Origin: Eledone cirrhosa
Lineage: Eukaryota
Length of the DNA stretch: 64,000 nt
NCBI GenBank assembly: GCA_964016885.1
Contig: OZ024760.1
Span: 31,930,001 to 31,994,000 of the forward strand
Direction: 5' to 3'
Shown here piece after piece: positions 1-12,755 of this stretch. The position numbers and the translations under genes are program-made. Position 1 is the stretch's first letter, and each line of letters begins with the position of its first letter. The notes under the pieces were generated by a model. It had not been told where the DNA came from and ran no database searches. It saw nothing but the letters and a program-made list of their open reading frames with translations.

Positions 1-632
1 GGGTTCTATAGAAGTGGTTGTTAGCTTCCGGTACCTAGGCGATCAGATTAGCATAGGGGAGGGGGGGGGGGGTTCCGGGGCCATAGTATCTAGAATAAGG
101 ACGGGTAGGAAGAAGTTTAGGGAACTGCTTCCTCTGTTGACAAAGAAGGGTTTCTCCCTGCATATGAAAGGATGGTTATATGATGCCTGTGTGAGATGCG
201 CGATGCTGCATGGTAGTGAGACATGGGCAGCAACTGTTGAAGATATGTGACGGCTGGAGAGAAATGAGGCAAGCATGCTCTGTTGGATGTGCAATGTCAA
301 TGTGCGTGAATGACCAAGCATAGACAAGTTGAGAAAGAAACTGGGTATAAGAGGGATAAGTTGTGGTGTGCAGGCGAGAAGGCTGAGATGGTGTGGACAT
401 GTGATGCACATGGAGGATGACCGATGGGTGAAGCAGTGCTAGGAAGTCCAAGTGGAGGGAAGACGCAGTAGAGGTAGACCACAAAAACATGGGCAGAGGT
501 GGTGAGAGCAGACCTCAGATTGCTGAAGCTCACGAGGGAGATGACGAAGGACCGTGACAAGTGGAGAGATGCTGTGCTGAATAAGACCCGTCCCACCTTT
601 GCAAGCAGGGAAAAGCGGACGTAAAATGATGA
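1..632 (+). mobile_element. RTE-clade LINE, decayed 3' fragment
   Basis: Frames give SFRYLGDQIS...KKFRELLPLL...LYDACVRCAMLHGSETW with stops downstream; ends GCGGACGTAAAATGATGAT like copies at 15.65 kb and 46.8 kb. Confidence 0.9.
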
Positions 633-1019
633 TATACACACACACATATATATATACACAGCTAATCTACATATATACACATGCTTACATAATCTAGGAG
701 ATATGTGTTGATATACAAACACATTATTTAAGGCAAAATAGCAGAGGAGGTGGGGAGGGGGGCAGAGAGACAGAGAGAAAGACAAAGAGAGAGAGAGTTA
801 TGATAAATGTGGAAGGAAAGAGACAGACAAAGAGAGAGAGTGGGAGAGAGAGAGAGAAAGAGAGAGAGAAAGAGGTGGGGTGAGGACTAGAAGTGAGAAT
901 GTGTGTGGGGGGTCTAACCCCCCCTCATGGTACCTGACTTATCTTGTAACAAACAACCTACCCCCCCTATATATTTTATCCTGATACTGAACATATTTTA
1001 AGTTTGATGTCCTTACCAA

Positions 1020-1305
1020 CACACCACCATCACCACCACCACACCACCATCACCACCACCACCACCACCACCAACACACCACCACCATCACCACCAGCAC
1101 CACCACCACACCACCACCATCACCACCACCACCACCACCACACCACCACCATCACCACCACCACCACCACCACACCACCAGTGGTAGTAGTGGTAGTAGT
1201 AGTAGTGTAGTAGTAGTAGTAGTGGTAGTAGTAGTAGTAGTGGTAGTAGTAGTGGTGGTAGTAGTGGTGGTGATAGTAGTAGTGGTAGTAGTAGTGGTGG
1301 TAGTG
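1020..1305. repeat. (CAC)n followed by (TAG/TGG)n microsatellite
   Basis: Direct reading. Confidence 0.9.
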
Positions 1306-1474
1306 TACAGCTGAGGACCCAGATTTCTATGAATTTAAAGCCTGGCAGTCTTCCAGAAAAAACACACGCAGACACACACATATATACATACATACTCACA
1401 TACGCACACACACTCACACATACACACACACATATGCACACACATACCCATACATACAGATTGAGACCTAGATA

Positions 1475-1680
1475 CACATGTTACTCCAAAGACCCTTCAG
1501 AGGAACCCCATTCTAACCCCATTCTAACCATAGTATCGGAGCTGTGACCTCTCAATTCGGAGAAGTAGTGGTTCTACCTGGAGCGACTGTCTTGTCTCCA
1601 AGCTACACACTCAAGTAACGTTACTCCAAGGACCCCATTTTGTCCACTTGTATTCGCGATCGTATTCTTTTGGTCATTAC
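1475..1680 (-). mobile_element. RTE (Rex3/Expander-like) LINE fragment
   Basis: Shares TATCGGAGCTGTGA..CTCAATT..GAGAAGTAG with 39.6 kb and 46.05 kb; minus strand reads VMTKRIRSRIQ-like, degenerate. Confidence 0.6.
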
Positions 1681-1777
1681 TGAGAAATTACCAGCTTAAT
1701 GTGAATTAGGCCACCACTCAATATGGTAAGAGCTAACAAGAAAAATCATACTACATTGTCCTTTGTGTGGGTTAATC

Positions 1778-2478
1778 AGGGACACATTCAGGTCTTAGGT
1801 AGACAAGGGCTGGGCGAAACATTCAGGGACACGTTCAGGTCTTAGGTAGACGAGGGCTGGTCGAAACATTCAGGGACACATTCAGGTCTTAGGTAAACGA
1901 GGGCTGGTCGAAACATTCAGGGACACATTCAGGTCTTAGGTAGACGAGGGCTGGTCGAAACATTCAGGGACACATTCAGGTCTTAGGTAGACAAGGGCTG
2001 GGCGAAACATTCAGGGACACGTTCAGGTCTTAGGTAGACGAGGGCTGGTCGAAACATTCAGGGACACATTCAGGTCTTAGGTAAACGAGGGCTGGTCGAA
2101 ACATTCAGGGACACATTCAGGTCTTAGGTAGACGAGGGCTGGTCGAAACATTCAGGGACACATTCAGGTCTTAGGTAAACGAGGGCTGGTCGAAACATTC
2201 AGGGACACATTCAGGTCTTAGGTAGACGAGGGCTGGTCGAAACATTCAGGGACACATTCAGGTCTTAGGTAGACAAGGGCTGGGCGAAACATTCAGGGAC
2301 ACGTTCAGGTCTTAGGTAGACGAGGGCTGGTCGAAACATTCAGGGACACATTCAGGTCTTAGGTAAATGAGGGCTGGTCGAAACATTCAGGGACACGTTC
2401 AGGTCTTAGGTAGACGAGGGCTGGTCGAAACATTCAGGGACACATTCAGGTCTTAGGTAGACGAGGGCTGGTCGAAAA
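1778..2478. repeat. 47-bp minisatellite, ~15 copies
   Basis: Unit CAGGGACACATTCAGGTCTTAGGTAGACGAGGGCTGGTCGAAACATT with few variants. Confidence 0.95.
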
Positions 2479-3171
2479 ATATATTGCAGTCTCCAGTTCA
2501 TGCTGTAAAAACTGGTGATGGGCTCTGCTACCTGTCCTGGGAGGTGTTGGGTGGACACACAAAGATTGCATATCCTGAGACCCTAAAGAGGGTCTGGAAG
2601 GAACAAAACTTGCTTATAGTTTTTTTTCTTAATTAATTTTTGAAATACTGGTGAATTTTAAAGGCTTTAGAAGAAACTTTCTCATAATTAACTTGGTGTT
2701 TGGAACATAACTTAACAAAAGTTCTTACATAAAATTATGATGGAAGGTTTTTGACACTTTCATTACCATATTTCTAATGAAAGATACTGTCGTGGTGGTG
2801 GTGTGATGGTGGTGGTGGTGGTGAGATGGAATGTGATGTGGAGGAGTAATGTAGGGATGTAGCTTCTTCCTTGCTCTCTATAGTTCATGTTTACCTTTTA
2901 ACTAAGGATTACACCCCACCACATCGTATATATATATATGTGTATATGATATAAAAATAATATGGTACGTATGGTATATATATATATAACATATATATAG
3001 GGTAATATATATGTATGTATATATTATGTATGTATATATTATGTATGTATATATATATGTATGTATATATGGCTCTGCGACAATAACAACACATGTACTC
3101 AAGCGAAGAATGAACTCTGATGTGAATTTAACTTTAAAACCCCTCCTGGGTCTGATCATTTTTTTGTTTTC

Positions 3172-3216
3172 TATACCCTTGAGAAGCCCGGTCTGGGCGA
3201 AACGTACGTAGGTGCA
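3172..3216 (+). ncRNA. Variant (U3:A8) minimal hammerhead ribozyme-like motif in a TA-flanked ~0.4-kb element (~3065-3482)
   Basis: ataccc-TTGAGAA-gcccggtctgggc-GAAA-cgtacg-TA-ggtgc; stem II and palindromic stem III good, stem I weak. Confidence 0.45.
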
Positions 3217-3503
3217 TTGTTATATAAACACGTTTTAACGGTTTTTACTTCTTTGTACTCATTTCTTTTGTAACCGTTCTGCTTATTTCTCGCGCACTAA
3301 ATATTAACGCTTCTAATATTTAACCCAGTAGGCACAAGTATTGAGCACATTTGCACAAACTATTGGCAACTAAATATATGTATCGCTTATCTTTCCTTTT
3401 TCTATCTCTCGATACTTAAACATTCTGTATGTTTTAGCCATACGAAGACGCCATCCCACTGGCTGAGCGGGCAGGCTGATATTTATATATATATATATAT
3501 GTA

Positions 3504-3577
<74 letters not shown>

Positions 3578-3579
<2 letters not shown>

Positions 3580-4195
3580 TTAGTATATCTACCAACATAT
3601 GTATACAGAAACTAATTAGTTGGAGTGAAAACTTTAGTAAGTAAGTTAATTTTAAAATTTTCTTATTTTACGTCTTTCATATAATTGTTCTGCATCCCCT
3701 TGCATAGAACCACAAAGTTACTAAGACAAAACATATATATTTGCTAGCATAGGTATACATCTGTATACATATGTTGGTAGATATACTAATTCTCTATATT
3801 TATCTCCAAATTATTTGTTGAGCAAAACTTGCCGAAATTTACTGCTATGGTTCATGGTAGTAGTTAGGCTCTTGTCTTATTACCACTCCACTCCTCACTG
3901 ATTAACCTCAGTGTCACGTGATTGATTCTTTAGAATTTGCCACTGACCAAGTAGGCAGTGAATTTTTTCAGTGCCCTGGAATCTAGTCCCCGCTCGCTTT
4001 TTTCCATCCACTGAATTATTACTTTTATATGGGTTCCTAGTGCCTGGGAACTTAGCTGAGAATAGACTCCCTGATGACGTAAGGATTTCTCTATGGTTGC
4101 GTTGCGTAACTATATTTATTCCCTTACAGAAACTAATTAGTTGGAGTGAAAATTTTAGTAAGTAAGTTAATTTTAAAATTTTCTTATTTTACGTC

Positions 4196-4200
<5 letters not shown>
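3578..4200 (+). mobile_element. Penelope-like pseudo-LTR fragment with partial tandem repeat and short inversion
   Basis: 3604-3682 directly repeats 4125-4200; 3578-3608 is inverted at ~3762-3795; contains a hammerhead; ends in (TA)n. Confidence 0.65.
4066..4147 (+). ncRNA. Type I hammerhead ribozyme
   Basis: actcc-CTGATGA-c-gtaagg...ccttac-a-GAAA-ctaattag-TT-ggagt: perfect 5-bp stem I, stem II with long loop, palindromic stem III. Confidence 0.7.
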
Positions 4201-4252
<52 letters not shown>

Positions 4253-4294
4253 GATATTAAATAAATGGAAACTATATTTATAAAACCATATTTA

Positions 4295-4351
4295 TTCTAT
4301 TATATATATTTCAAGGGTACCAAAACTTTGGTACGCTTTCATCAGATAAAA
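4295..4351 (-). ncRNA. Minimal type I hammerhead ribozyme
   Basis: Reverse complement of the motif at 7267-7323. Confidence 0.75.
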
Positions 4352-5519
4352 AACGAAGTGTGTTTTATAAATGTTGACAACCAAGAAAAGATACTTTAAC
4401 GGTTCAACTTTTTCTTGGATAGTGAAGGAAAAGAGAAGAAAAGGCAGATATTTCAAATTGTTAAGATGAGTATGCAAATGAGGTTGAGGTATAGGGCTGA
4501 AAAAACGTTATTTTTAGACGCTATGGAGAATTGAAATAATTATGATATGTGTTTGTATAAGTAGGAAGAAGAAAAAGGAAGAAGAGCTTGTATTTACGTT
4601 AATTTGGGGGAAAAGGTGGAATATGATTCCAGAGTTTAAATTTAAATTTATTTACCTATATTATGAGTTATATGAAGAATTATGGTTGTAAGTATTTTGA
4701 TCTTATTACATTACAATAGGTTATATGTATATAAATATCTATATAGATTAATAATTGTGCATGTATTATAGAAATAGAAATAATTTACAATTATTGGTTG
4801 TTTACATTTCTAATATGAGTTACGAAGGAAGTTGATTTTGTATTTTACATAAAAATAGGTGGTTCAAGTTGGGAGAGGAGAACAATTTGAAGATTCGAAT
4901 ATTTTGTTCAACATTGAAAATGTTTTTAGAATATTGTTAATTTAGCGAAGTTATATAGATTATCATACATAATATGTTTATGTTTGCACGATTGAGAAAG
5001 GAAAGACAACTCCAATTTTGTTTGTTAACCGTTAAATTTGATGAATGATTTACTCAAAAATATATAGAGAAAATTATATATTATTTTGAGTGAGATTAAT
5101 TATTTTAGTCGAAGGATATGTGGATGTTTGAATATCAAAAAAAGAGGAAAAACGTAATGTGCTTTTAGAAGAACTATCGTAAAGAGGATAAATTTTCAGA
5201 ATGTCAATTAAAGATTATCAATCTACATCTAAAAATAATATATTTAGAGGGGTGTCATTAGAAAAATAATGTCAAAATTAAAAATAATGTCAGAATTAAA
5301 ATAATGTCAAAATTAAAAATATTAAATATATATATTAAAAAAATTAATGTGAAAAGGTAAAAATATTAGAAATATTAGAGATATTAAAAAAAAAATTAGA
5401 AATATTAAAAATATTAAAAATATTAAAAATATTAAATAATTAAAAAAATTTACATTTAAATTTTTAAGGAAGATACGATCATTTTGAAGGTGTATAGGAA
5501 TATTATAAATTTAAAATAG

Positions 5520-6250
5520 TTCTGAACGTAGAATTTTGGCGATGTCTGCAAGAAGAAAATAATTCTGTTCTAAGATTAATAGAGTTTTGACAGTTAATTA
5601 TATAAAAAATTTCTTCGATACACAAGTTACAGAATCTTGATAAAGCCATATTTCGGTATGCAAGTGCTTTCGAAATCGTTCTCCAAGATATTGAATAGTC
5701 TATATTGTTGTCTTTTAAGTTCCAAATTAGATGTGAAAGTGAAGTAGAAGATTTTTTTTATCAGATCTCCTAAATGTGTGTTTATTGAAGTGGCACCAAC
5801 ATAGTTAAATATTTTGTCGCTAGTTTTAACTGTGCATTTATAAAGTACGTTTTTGTCTAAACAATTATTTTGTAAAGGGCAGTTTGATTTAATTCTACAG
5901 TTACATTTTCTGGAGTTGTTGTTCGGAACGGTACCATTATTCTGAATATTGTTGTTAGAAATATTATTATTGCTATTTTGGTTAGTTTGGTTAGGGTTTA
6001 AATTTAAGTTTCTATTATTAAGTTTCTGTTTTACGTGCTGTTAGAATTATATTCATTTCATCACTAGATAAGTCTGTATGTTTAGACGCGTAGATAAGTG
6101 CCTTATTAAGTAAACTAGGGGTAATAAAGGAGTAGTAATTTACAATATCCATTTAAATGAATTTTTTGTTATGTTTTAATTTTATGATATTGAACCAATC
6201 TATAACTTCATTAGTACCGTTCCATAGTTTAAAATGTGATTTTTCTTTAA
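5520..6250 (-). pseudogene. Penelope-like RT N-terminal motif fused by deletion to GIY-YIG endonuclease remnant
   Basis: Manual translation: LWNGTNEVIDWFNII..KFI*MDIVNYYSFITPSLLNKAL..IILTARKT, Asn-rich linker, CNCRIKSNCPLQNNCLDKNVLYKCTV..FNYVGAT, then FCNLCIEEIFYII..INLRTELFSSCRH. Confidence 0.85.
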
Positions 6251-7266
6251 GTAGTGGTATAATTCTATCTAATATTTCTTTTTAATATTTCTAATTTTTA
6301 ATATCTCTAATATTTCTAATATTTTTACCTTTCACATTATTTTTTTTTAATATATATATTTAATATTTTTAATTTTGACATTATTTTAATTCTGACATTA
6401 TTTTTAATTTTGACATTATTTTTCTAATGACACCCCTCTAAATATATTTTCTTTAGATATAGATTGATAATCTTTAATTGACATTCTGAAAATTTATCCT
6501 CTTTTTCCGACTAAAATAATTGATCTCACACAAAATAATATATAATTTTCTCTATATATTTTTGAGTAAATCATTCATCAAATTTAACGGTTAATAAACA
6601 AAATTGGAGTTGTCTTTCCTTTCTCAATCGTGCAAACATAAACATATTATGATTGATAATCTATATGACATCGCTAAATTAACAATATTCTAAAAACATT
6701 TTCAATGTTGAACAAAATATTCGAATCTACAAATTGTTCTCCTCTCCCAACTTGAACCACCTATTTTTATGTAAAATACAAAATCAACTTCCTTTGTAAC
6801 TCATATTAGAAATGTAAACAACCAATAATTGTAAATTATTTCTATTTCTATAATACATGCACAATTATTAATCTATATAGATATTTATATACATATAACC
6901 TATTGTAATGTAATAAGATCAAAATACTTACAACCATAACTCTTCATATAACTCATAATATAGGTAAATAAATTTAAATTTAAACTCTGGAATCATATTC
7001 CACCTTTTCCCCCAAATTAACGTAAATACAAGCTCTTCTTCCTTTTTCTTCTTTCCTACTTATACAAACACATATCATAATTATTTCAATTCTCCATAGC
7101 GTCTAAAAATAACGTTTTTTCAGCCCTATACCTCAACCTCATTTGCATACTCATCTTAACAATTTGAAATATCTGACTTTTCTTCTCTTTTCCTTCACTA
7201 TCCAAGAAAATGTTGAACCGTTAAGGTATCTTTTCTTGGTTGTCAACATTTATAAAACACTTCGTT

Positions 7267-7323
7267 TTTTATCTGATGAAAGCGTACCAAAGTTTTGGTA
7301 CCCTTGAAATATATATAATAGAA
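7267..7323 (+). ncRNA. Minimal type I hammerhead ribozyme
   Basis: ttttat-CTGATGA-aagcgtaccaaagttttggtaccctt-GAAA-tatata-TA-atagaa. Confidence 0.75.
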
Positions 7324-7457
7324 TAAATATGGTTTTATAAATATAGTTTCCATATATTTAATATAATTGAAATACTCTGGAAAACTTGTAGAGTGCTTTG
7401 AATCAGTTCTAAACATTTATATTTGTTGAATTACCAACAAATTGAATATCCCTTCTG

Positions 7458-7502
<45 letters not shown>

Positions 7503-8400
7503 TAATATAAGTTATTTAAATTTCTGTGAAGTGTGGGAGAGATGTGGGAGTTTTGGAGGAAGATATGTATAATGCAGGGTTATGTGTGTGTGTGTATATA
7601 TGTGTATATGTGTGTGTATATGTGTGTGTGTATATGTGTCTGTGTATATGTGTCTACCCCCTCCCCTGGTTCATTCCTTTCTCAGAGGATGTCCATGGTG
7701 GGTGGTGTGGTGGAGGGGAGGGGCTGGAAATCAGCTTTTCTACTCTATTGACACAAACCACAAAACTTCATCATCATCATTCACACCACCACCACCACCT
7801 CCATAATTACTACAACCAACATCATCATCATCAACACCAACACCATCACCACCAACAATACTACCACCAACACCATCACCATCATCACCACCATCACCAT
7901 CCTCGTGGTTTACCCCAGGGTGGGATGTGGGGTCACCAGTCCTCACTGTCAAGGGTTACGCCCCCCCCCCCCCCCTTCTGGGATATTTTGTGACAATGTT
8001 TTACAGCCAGATGTCCTTCTTGATAGCAACACTTCTGTTTGTTTGTTTCTACCACACACACACATATATATACACACATATATAGACACATATATATACA
8101 CACATATATATAGACATGGCCTCAGCCGGATGGCTGAAACAGGTAAAAGAGTATACACACATATATATAGACATACATATATATTTATATATATGTATGT
8201 CTATATATATATTGACATACATATATTTATATATACACATATATATATATATATATACATACATATACATATATATATATATACACACATATATATATAT
8301 ATACCCATATATATATACACACATACACATATATATATATACACGCATATTTATATATACAAACACATATATATATATATATATACACACATGTATATAG

Positions 8401-8431
<31 letters not shown>

Positions 8432-8721
8432 TATACATACACACACATATATACACATATATATGTATACATATATATACACATACACATATATACATAT
8501 ATATACATACACATATATATACATACACATATATATATACATACACATATATATATACACACATATATATATACATACACACATATATATATATACATAC
8601 ACACATATATATATACATACACACACACACACATATATATATACACACACACACATATATATATACACACACACACATATATATACACATATATATATAC
8701 ACATATATATATATATACACA

Positions 8722-9378
8722 CTGGGTGCTGAAGGTGGAAGACTTACATAGATTAGAAAGAAACGAGGCCTGCATGCTCCATGGATGTGTAATAGTAATA
8801 TACGCGAACGACAAAGCATAAATGAATTGAGAGAGAGACTGAGCATAAGAGGAATCAAACGCTGTGTGCAGGAGAGGCGGTTGCGTTGGTATGGACATGT
8901 GATGCGTATGAAGGATGACAGCTGCATAAAAAGGTGCAGAGCACTAGAAGTTAATGGAAACCTCGGAGTGGGGAGACCCAAGAAGACCTGGGATGAGGTG
9001 ATAAAAGCCGACCTTACCCAATTACACCTCTCAAAGGCAATGACACACGACCGTGACCTCTGGCGTCATGCAGTAATACAAAGTACCCGACCTCCCATGG
9101 GTACAAGCTGAAGCATATAGACAATATGCCCCCACACCCTCCCACTGCAAAGTGGTCGTGGAGGTGCCACGGCAAAAAAGCACCCAGCACTCACTGTAAA
9201 TGAGGTTGGTGTTAGGAAGGGCATCCAGCTGTAGAAATCAAGCCAAAATCAGTTCCTGTATGAGCAAGGCATGGTCAGCCGACCAGACACTGCCCACAAC
9301 AGGAGAACCCGTCTAACCCATGCTAGCATGGAAGAACGGACGTAAAACGGTGATGATGATGATGATGATGATGATGAC
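8722..9378 (+). mobile_element. RTE-clade LINE 3' fragment with 3' UTR and (GAT)n tail (second family)
   Basis: ORF 8785-9111 [23 protein letters not shown]; near-identical copy on minus strand at 17.37-17.96 kb. Confidence 0.9.
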
Positions 9379-9391
9379 ACATGCATATATA

Positions 9392-9453
<62 letters not shown>

Positions 9454-10042
9454 TGTATATATATACATACACACATACACACATATATATACACACACAT
9501 ATATATATACACACATATATATATACTCACATATATATATACACATATATATATACACATACATATATATACACATGTATAGATTTACACACACACACAT
9601 ATACACACAGAAATACAGTGTACCTATTCTAAAAATCAGACTACTTAAGATGTAGGTAAAATAGTATGGTGGGGTGGGTGGTGTATGGGGTGGGGGGTGA
9701 GGATGGGGCAGGATGAGTGGGGGTTAGGGTGGGGTGGGGTGAGTGTGGTTGGTGGTGGGGTGGGGGTGAGTTGGGGTTGGTGGTCATACAGTGAAAATGT
9801 AGGTAAAGTTGGAAGGAAGAGGAGAGGATGTGTGGGCAGAAGGGATGCTGGGTGGGGTGTGTGTGGGTGTGCGTGGGTGTGCGGGTGTGTGTGTGGGGTG
9901 GGGTGTTATATGGGGGGGGGGGGGGGGGGTGTTATTAGGGTAATGTGTCTGTTATTAGATTTGATGCTGTTCTTTGAAAGCTGTTCAAAGGGAGAAAAGC
10001 ACACACACACACATACACACACACACATGTGTATATATACAC

Positions 10043-10138
<96 letters not shown>

Positions 10139-10162
10139 ATATCTGTGTTTATAATTATTTGA

Positions 10163-10237
<75 letters not shown>

Positions 10238-10238
<1 letters not shown>

Positions 10239-10379
10239 TGGAAGGTAATATCTGTAGTGGTAGAACACTCAGTCCATGGGACGAGTTAGGTAGAAGTGGT
10301 TACACAACAGTTAGTTCACCATACCGAGAACAATATTGTTCTCGGTATGGTGAACTAACTGTTGTGTAACCACTTCTAT
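10238..10379 (-). mobile_element. TA-embedded short element with perfect ~44-bp-arm palindrome
   Basis: TAGAAGTGG...GAACAAT|ATTGTTC...CCACTTCTA; left tail matches 40382-40430. Confidence 0.6.
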
Positions 10380-10538
10380 ATATATATATATAGATGTGCA
10401 TTTGTGTGTGTATATATATATATAAAATGTATATATATATATATATATATTATAGAATACTGTTGGCTTCTTGCTACAATACTTTCTATACCTTTCATTT
10501 ATATACATATATATATATACATATATATATAAATATAC

Positions 10539-10571
<33 letters not shown>

Positions 10572-10820
10572 CATATATATACATGTGTATATAAGTGGTG
10601 GAGGGTGGTCATTGTAGTGTTGTATAGAATGCTTTACGGTATTTGTTCTGGCTCTTTACATACACACACACTCACACACACACACTCACACACACACACA
10701 CTGACACACACACTCACACTCACACACACACTCACACACACACTCACACACACTCACACACACACACACTCACACACACACATATATATGTGTGTGTGTG
10801 TGTATATCATATATATATAA

Positions 10821-11493
10821 TCTCTATATATAAAACTGTAGTTGTCTGTGTGTGTCCTCACTTTTGCAAAGTCTATACAAATCCACATTTCAACTCCAAT
10901 TGACTTCAAACTTACATTTATATATTCCTTGCGGTCTAAAGATATTAACAGCAGCTTTTATTTTTCAATTTTCTGTTGTTGAAGGGGTGTTAGGCGCCGG
11001 TTATCCATCTCCGTAGCGCTCTTATAATATCTGTCTGTATGCCTGGCTGTCTGCATTACGACATTCTGACGAACATTGATGACGTATTATGTTCACTATT
11101 TTCCGTTCTTTGCCAGGGAACGTCTTCACGAACCAAAGTATCGTCTTCCTGTTTTCCTTCGGTTGTAACATTTTTCGAAATATTTACTAGCCTACACCTT
11201 ACTGCTATGACACTGGAACCTTCTGCCAACTTAACCTGTGACTTTCTCTTTCACATTTACTCCAATAGGCCAAAACAGAGGAGTATGAAAAGAAGGGGCT
11301 CAACAATATTTGTGTGAACACTGCACGTAGACAGCTAAACTCTACTTTCAACTTCTTAATTTTCTCCAAATAAAACAAGTTTCCTGTCGGTATATTTTCG
11401 TGAGTTTTTAACAGGCACTCACAAACAAACGTTTCTCATTGGAGGTGCTATTACCAATGTTCTTACCCGTGCAACGCCGGGATACACTGCTAG
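10821..11493 (+). mobile_element. Non-autonomous Helitron
   Basis: 5' TCTCTATATATAAAA after A; 3' hairpin CCCGTGCAACGCCGGG then CTAG followed by T; no TSD. Confidence 0.8.
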
Positions 11494-11558
11494 TATATAT
11501 ATATATAAATGTATATATATGTGTAGATATTCAATATATATATTCTTTTTTCTCTCTG

Positions 11559-11589
<31 letters not shown>

Positions 11590-11655
11590 AGATATTCAAT
11601 GCACACACACACACATATATATATTTCTCTCTCTGTATATATATATATTTCTCTG

Positions 11656-11689
<34 letters not shown>

Positions 11690-11916
11690 TCTCTCTCTAT
11701 ATATATATATATATATATACATGTGTAGATATTCAAGCTATGGCAACCTTATCTATATGTGTGGTAAATCCTGCTCCTAGCACCAGGTTCTTGGTTCCTC
11801 TGCCACTTTCTTACATTTTTCTTATCATCTCCCTCTCCTGGGGTGGTGATGGTATGCTGTCTTTCAGTATGTCTATCCCTGGTCTGTGTGTTAGTATGCA
11901 TCTTACACAACTACAG

Positions 11917-12088
<172 letters not shown>

Positions 12089-12287
12089 CATATACATACA
12101 TATATATATATATGTATATATATACATACATATATATATATATGTATATATATACATATACATACATATATATATATGTATACATATACATACATATATA
12201 TATGTATACATATACATACATATATATATATATGTATATATATATGTATATATATACATATACATACATATATATATATGTATACAT

Positions 12288-12332
<45 letters not shown>

Positions 12333-12465
12333 CATACATATATATATGTATACATATACATACATATATATATATATGTATATATATATGTATATATATA
12401 CATATACATACATATATATATATGTATACATATACATACATATATATATATATATATACATATAC

Positions 12466-12504
<39 letters not shown>

Positions 12505-12599
12505 CATACATATACATATACACACATATATATATATATATATATGTGGGAAAGTGAAAAATCGGAGAATAGACCGTTAAAACATGTTTATATATTAAT

Positions 12600-12755
12600 A
12601 ATTGTTTCTACTTTAGGCACAAGGCCAGCAATTTGAAGAGGATGGGAAAGTCAACTAAATTGACACCAATTCATAACTGGTACTTTGGGGTCGATTTAAT
12701 CGACTTTCCCTTCCCCTGCAAATTGCTGGCCTTGTGCCAGAAGTAGAAACAATAA
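12600..12755. mobile_element. Two SINE 3' ends in opposite orientation
   Basis: TTGTTTCTACTTTAGGCACAAGGCCAGCAATTT ... AATTGCTGGCCTTGTGCCAGAAGTAGAAACAAT. Confidence 0.7.

Larger units (their letters stand above)
4251..7462. mobile_element. Non-autonomous Penelope-like element with ~1.15-kb inverted arms, flanked by (TA)n
   Basis: 4251-~5410 is the near-exact reverse complement of ~6278-7365; spacer carries RT and GIY-YIG remnants; hammerheads in both arms. Confidence 0.85.

Noticed and set aside
1778-2478. CRISPR-like regular array
   Set aside because: No unique spacers, no cas genes, eukaryotic context; the same applies to the other tandem arrays
5520-5915. Selenocysteine recoding as reported for some Naiad PLEs
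   Set aside because: The conserved Cys positions read here use TGT/TGC, not TGA
9670-9790. Telomeric repeat or G-quadruplex locus
   Set aside because: A single TTAGGG within generic G-rich low-complexity sequence
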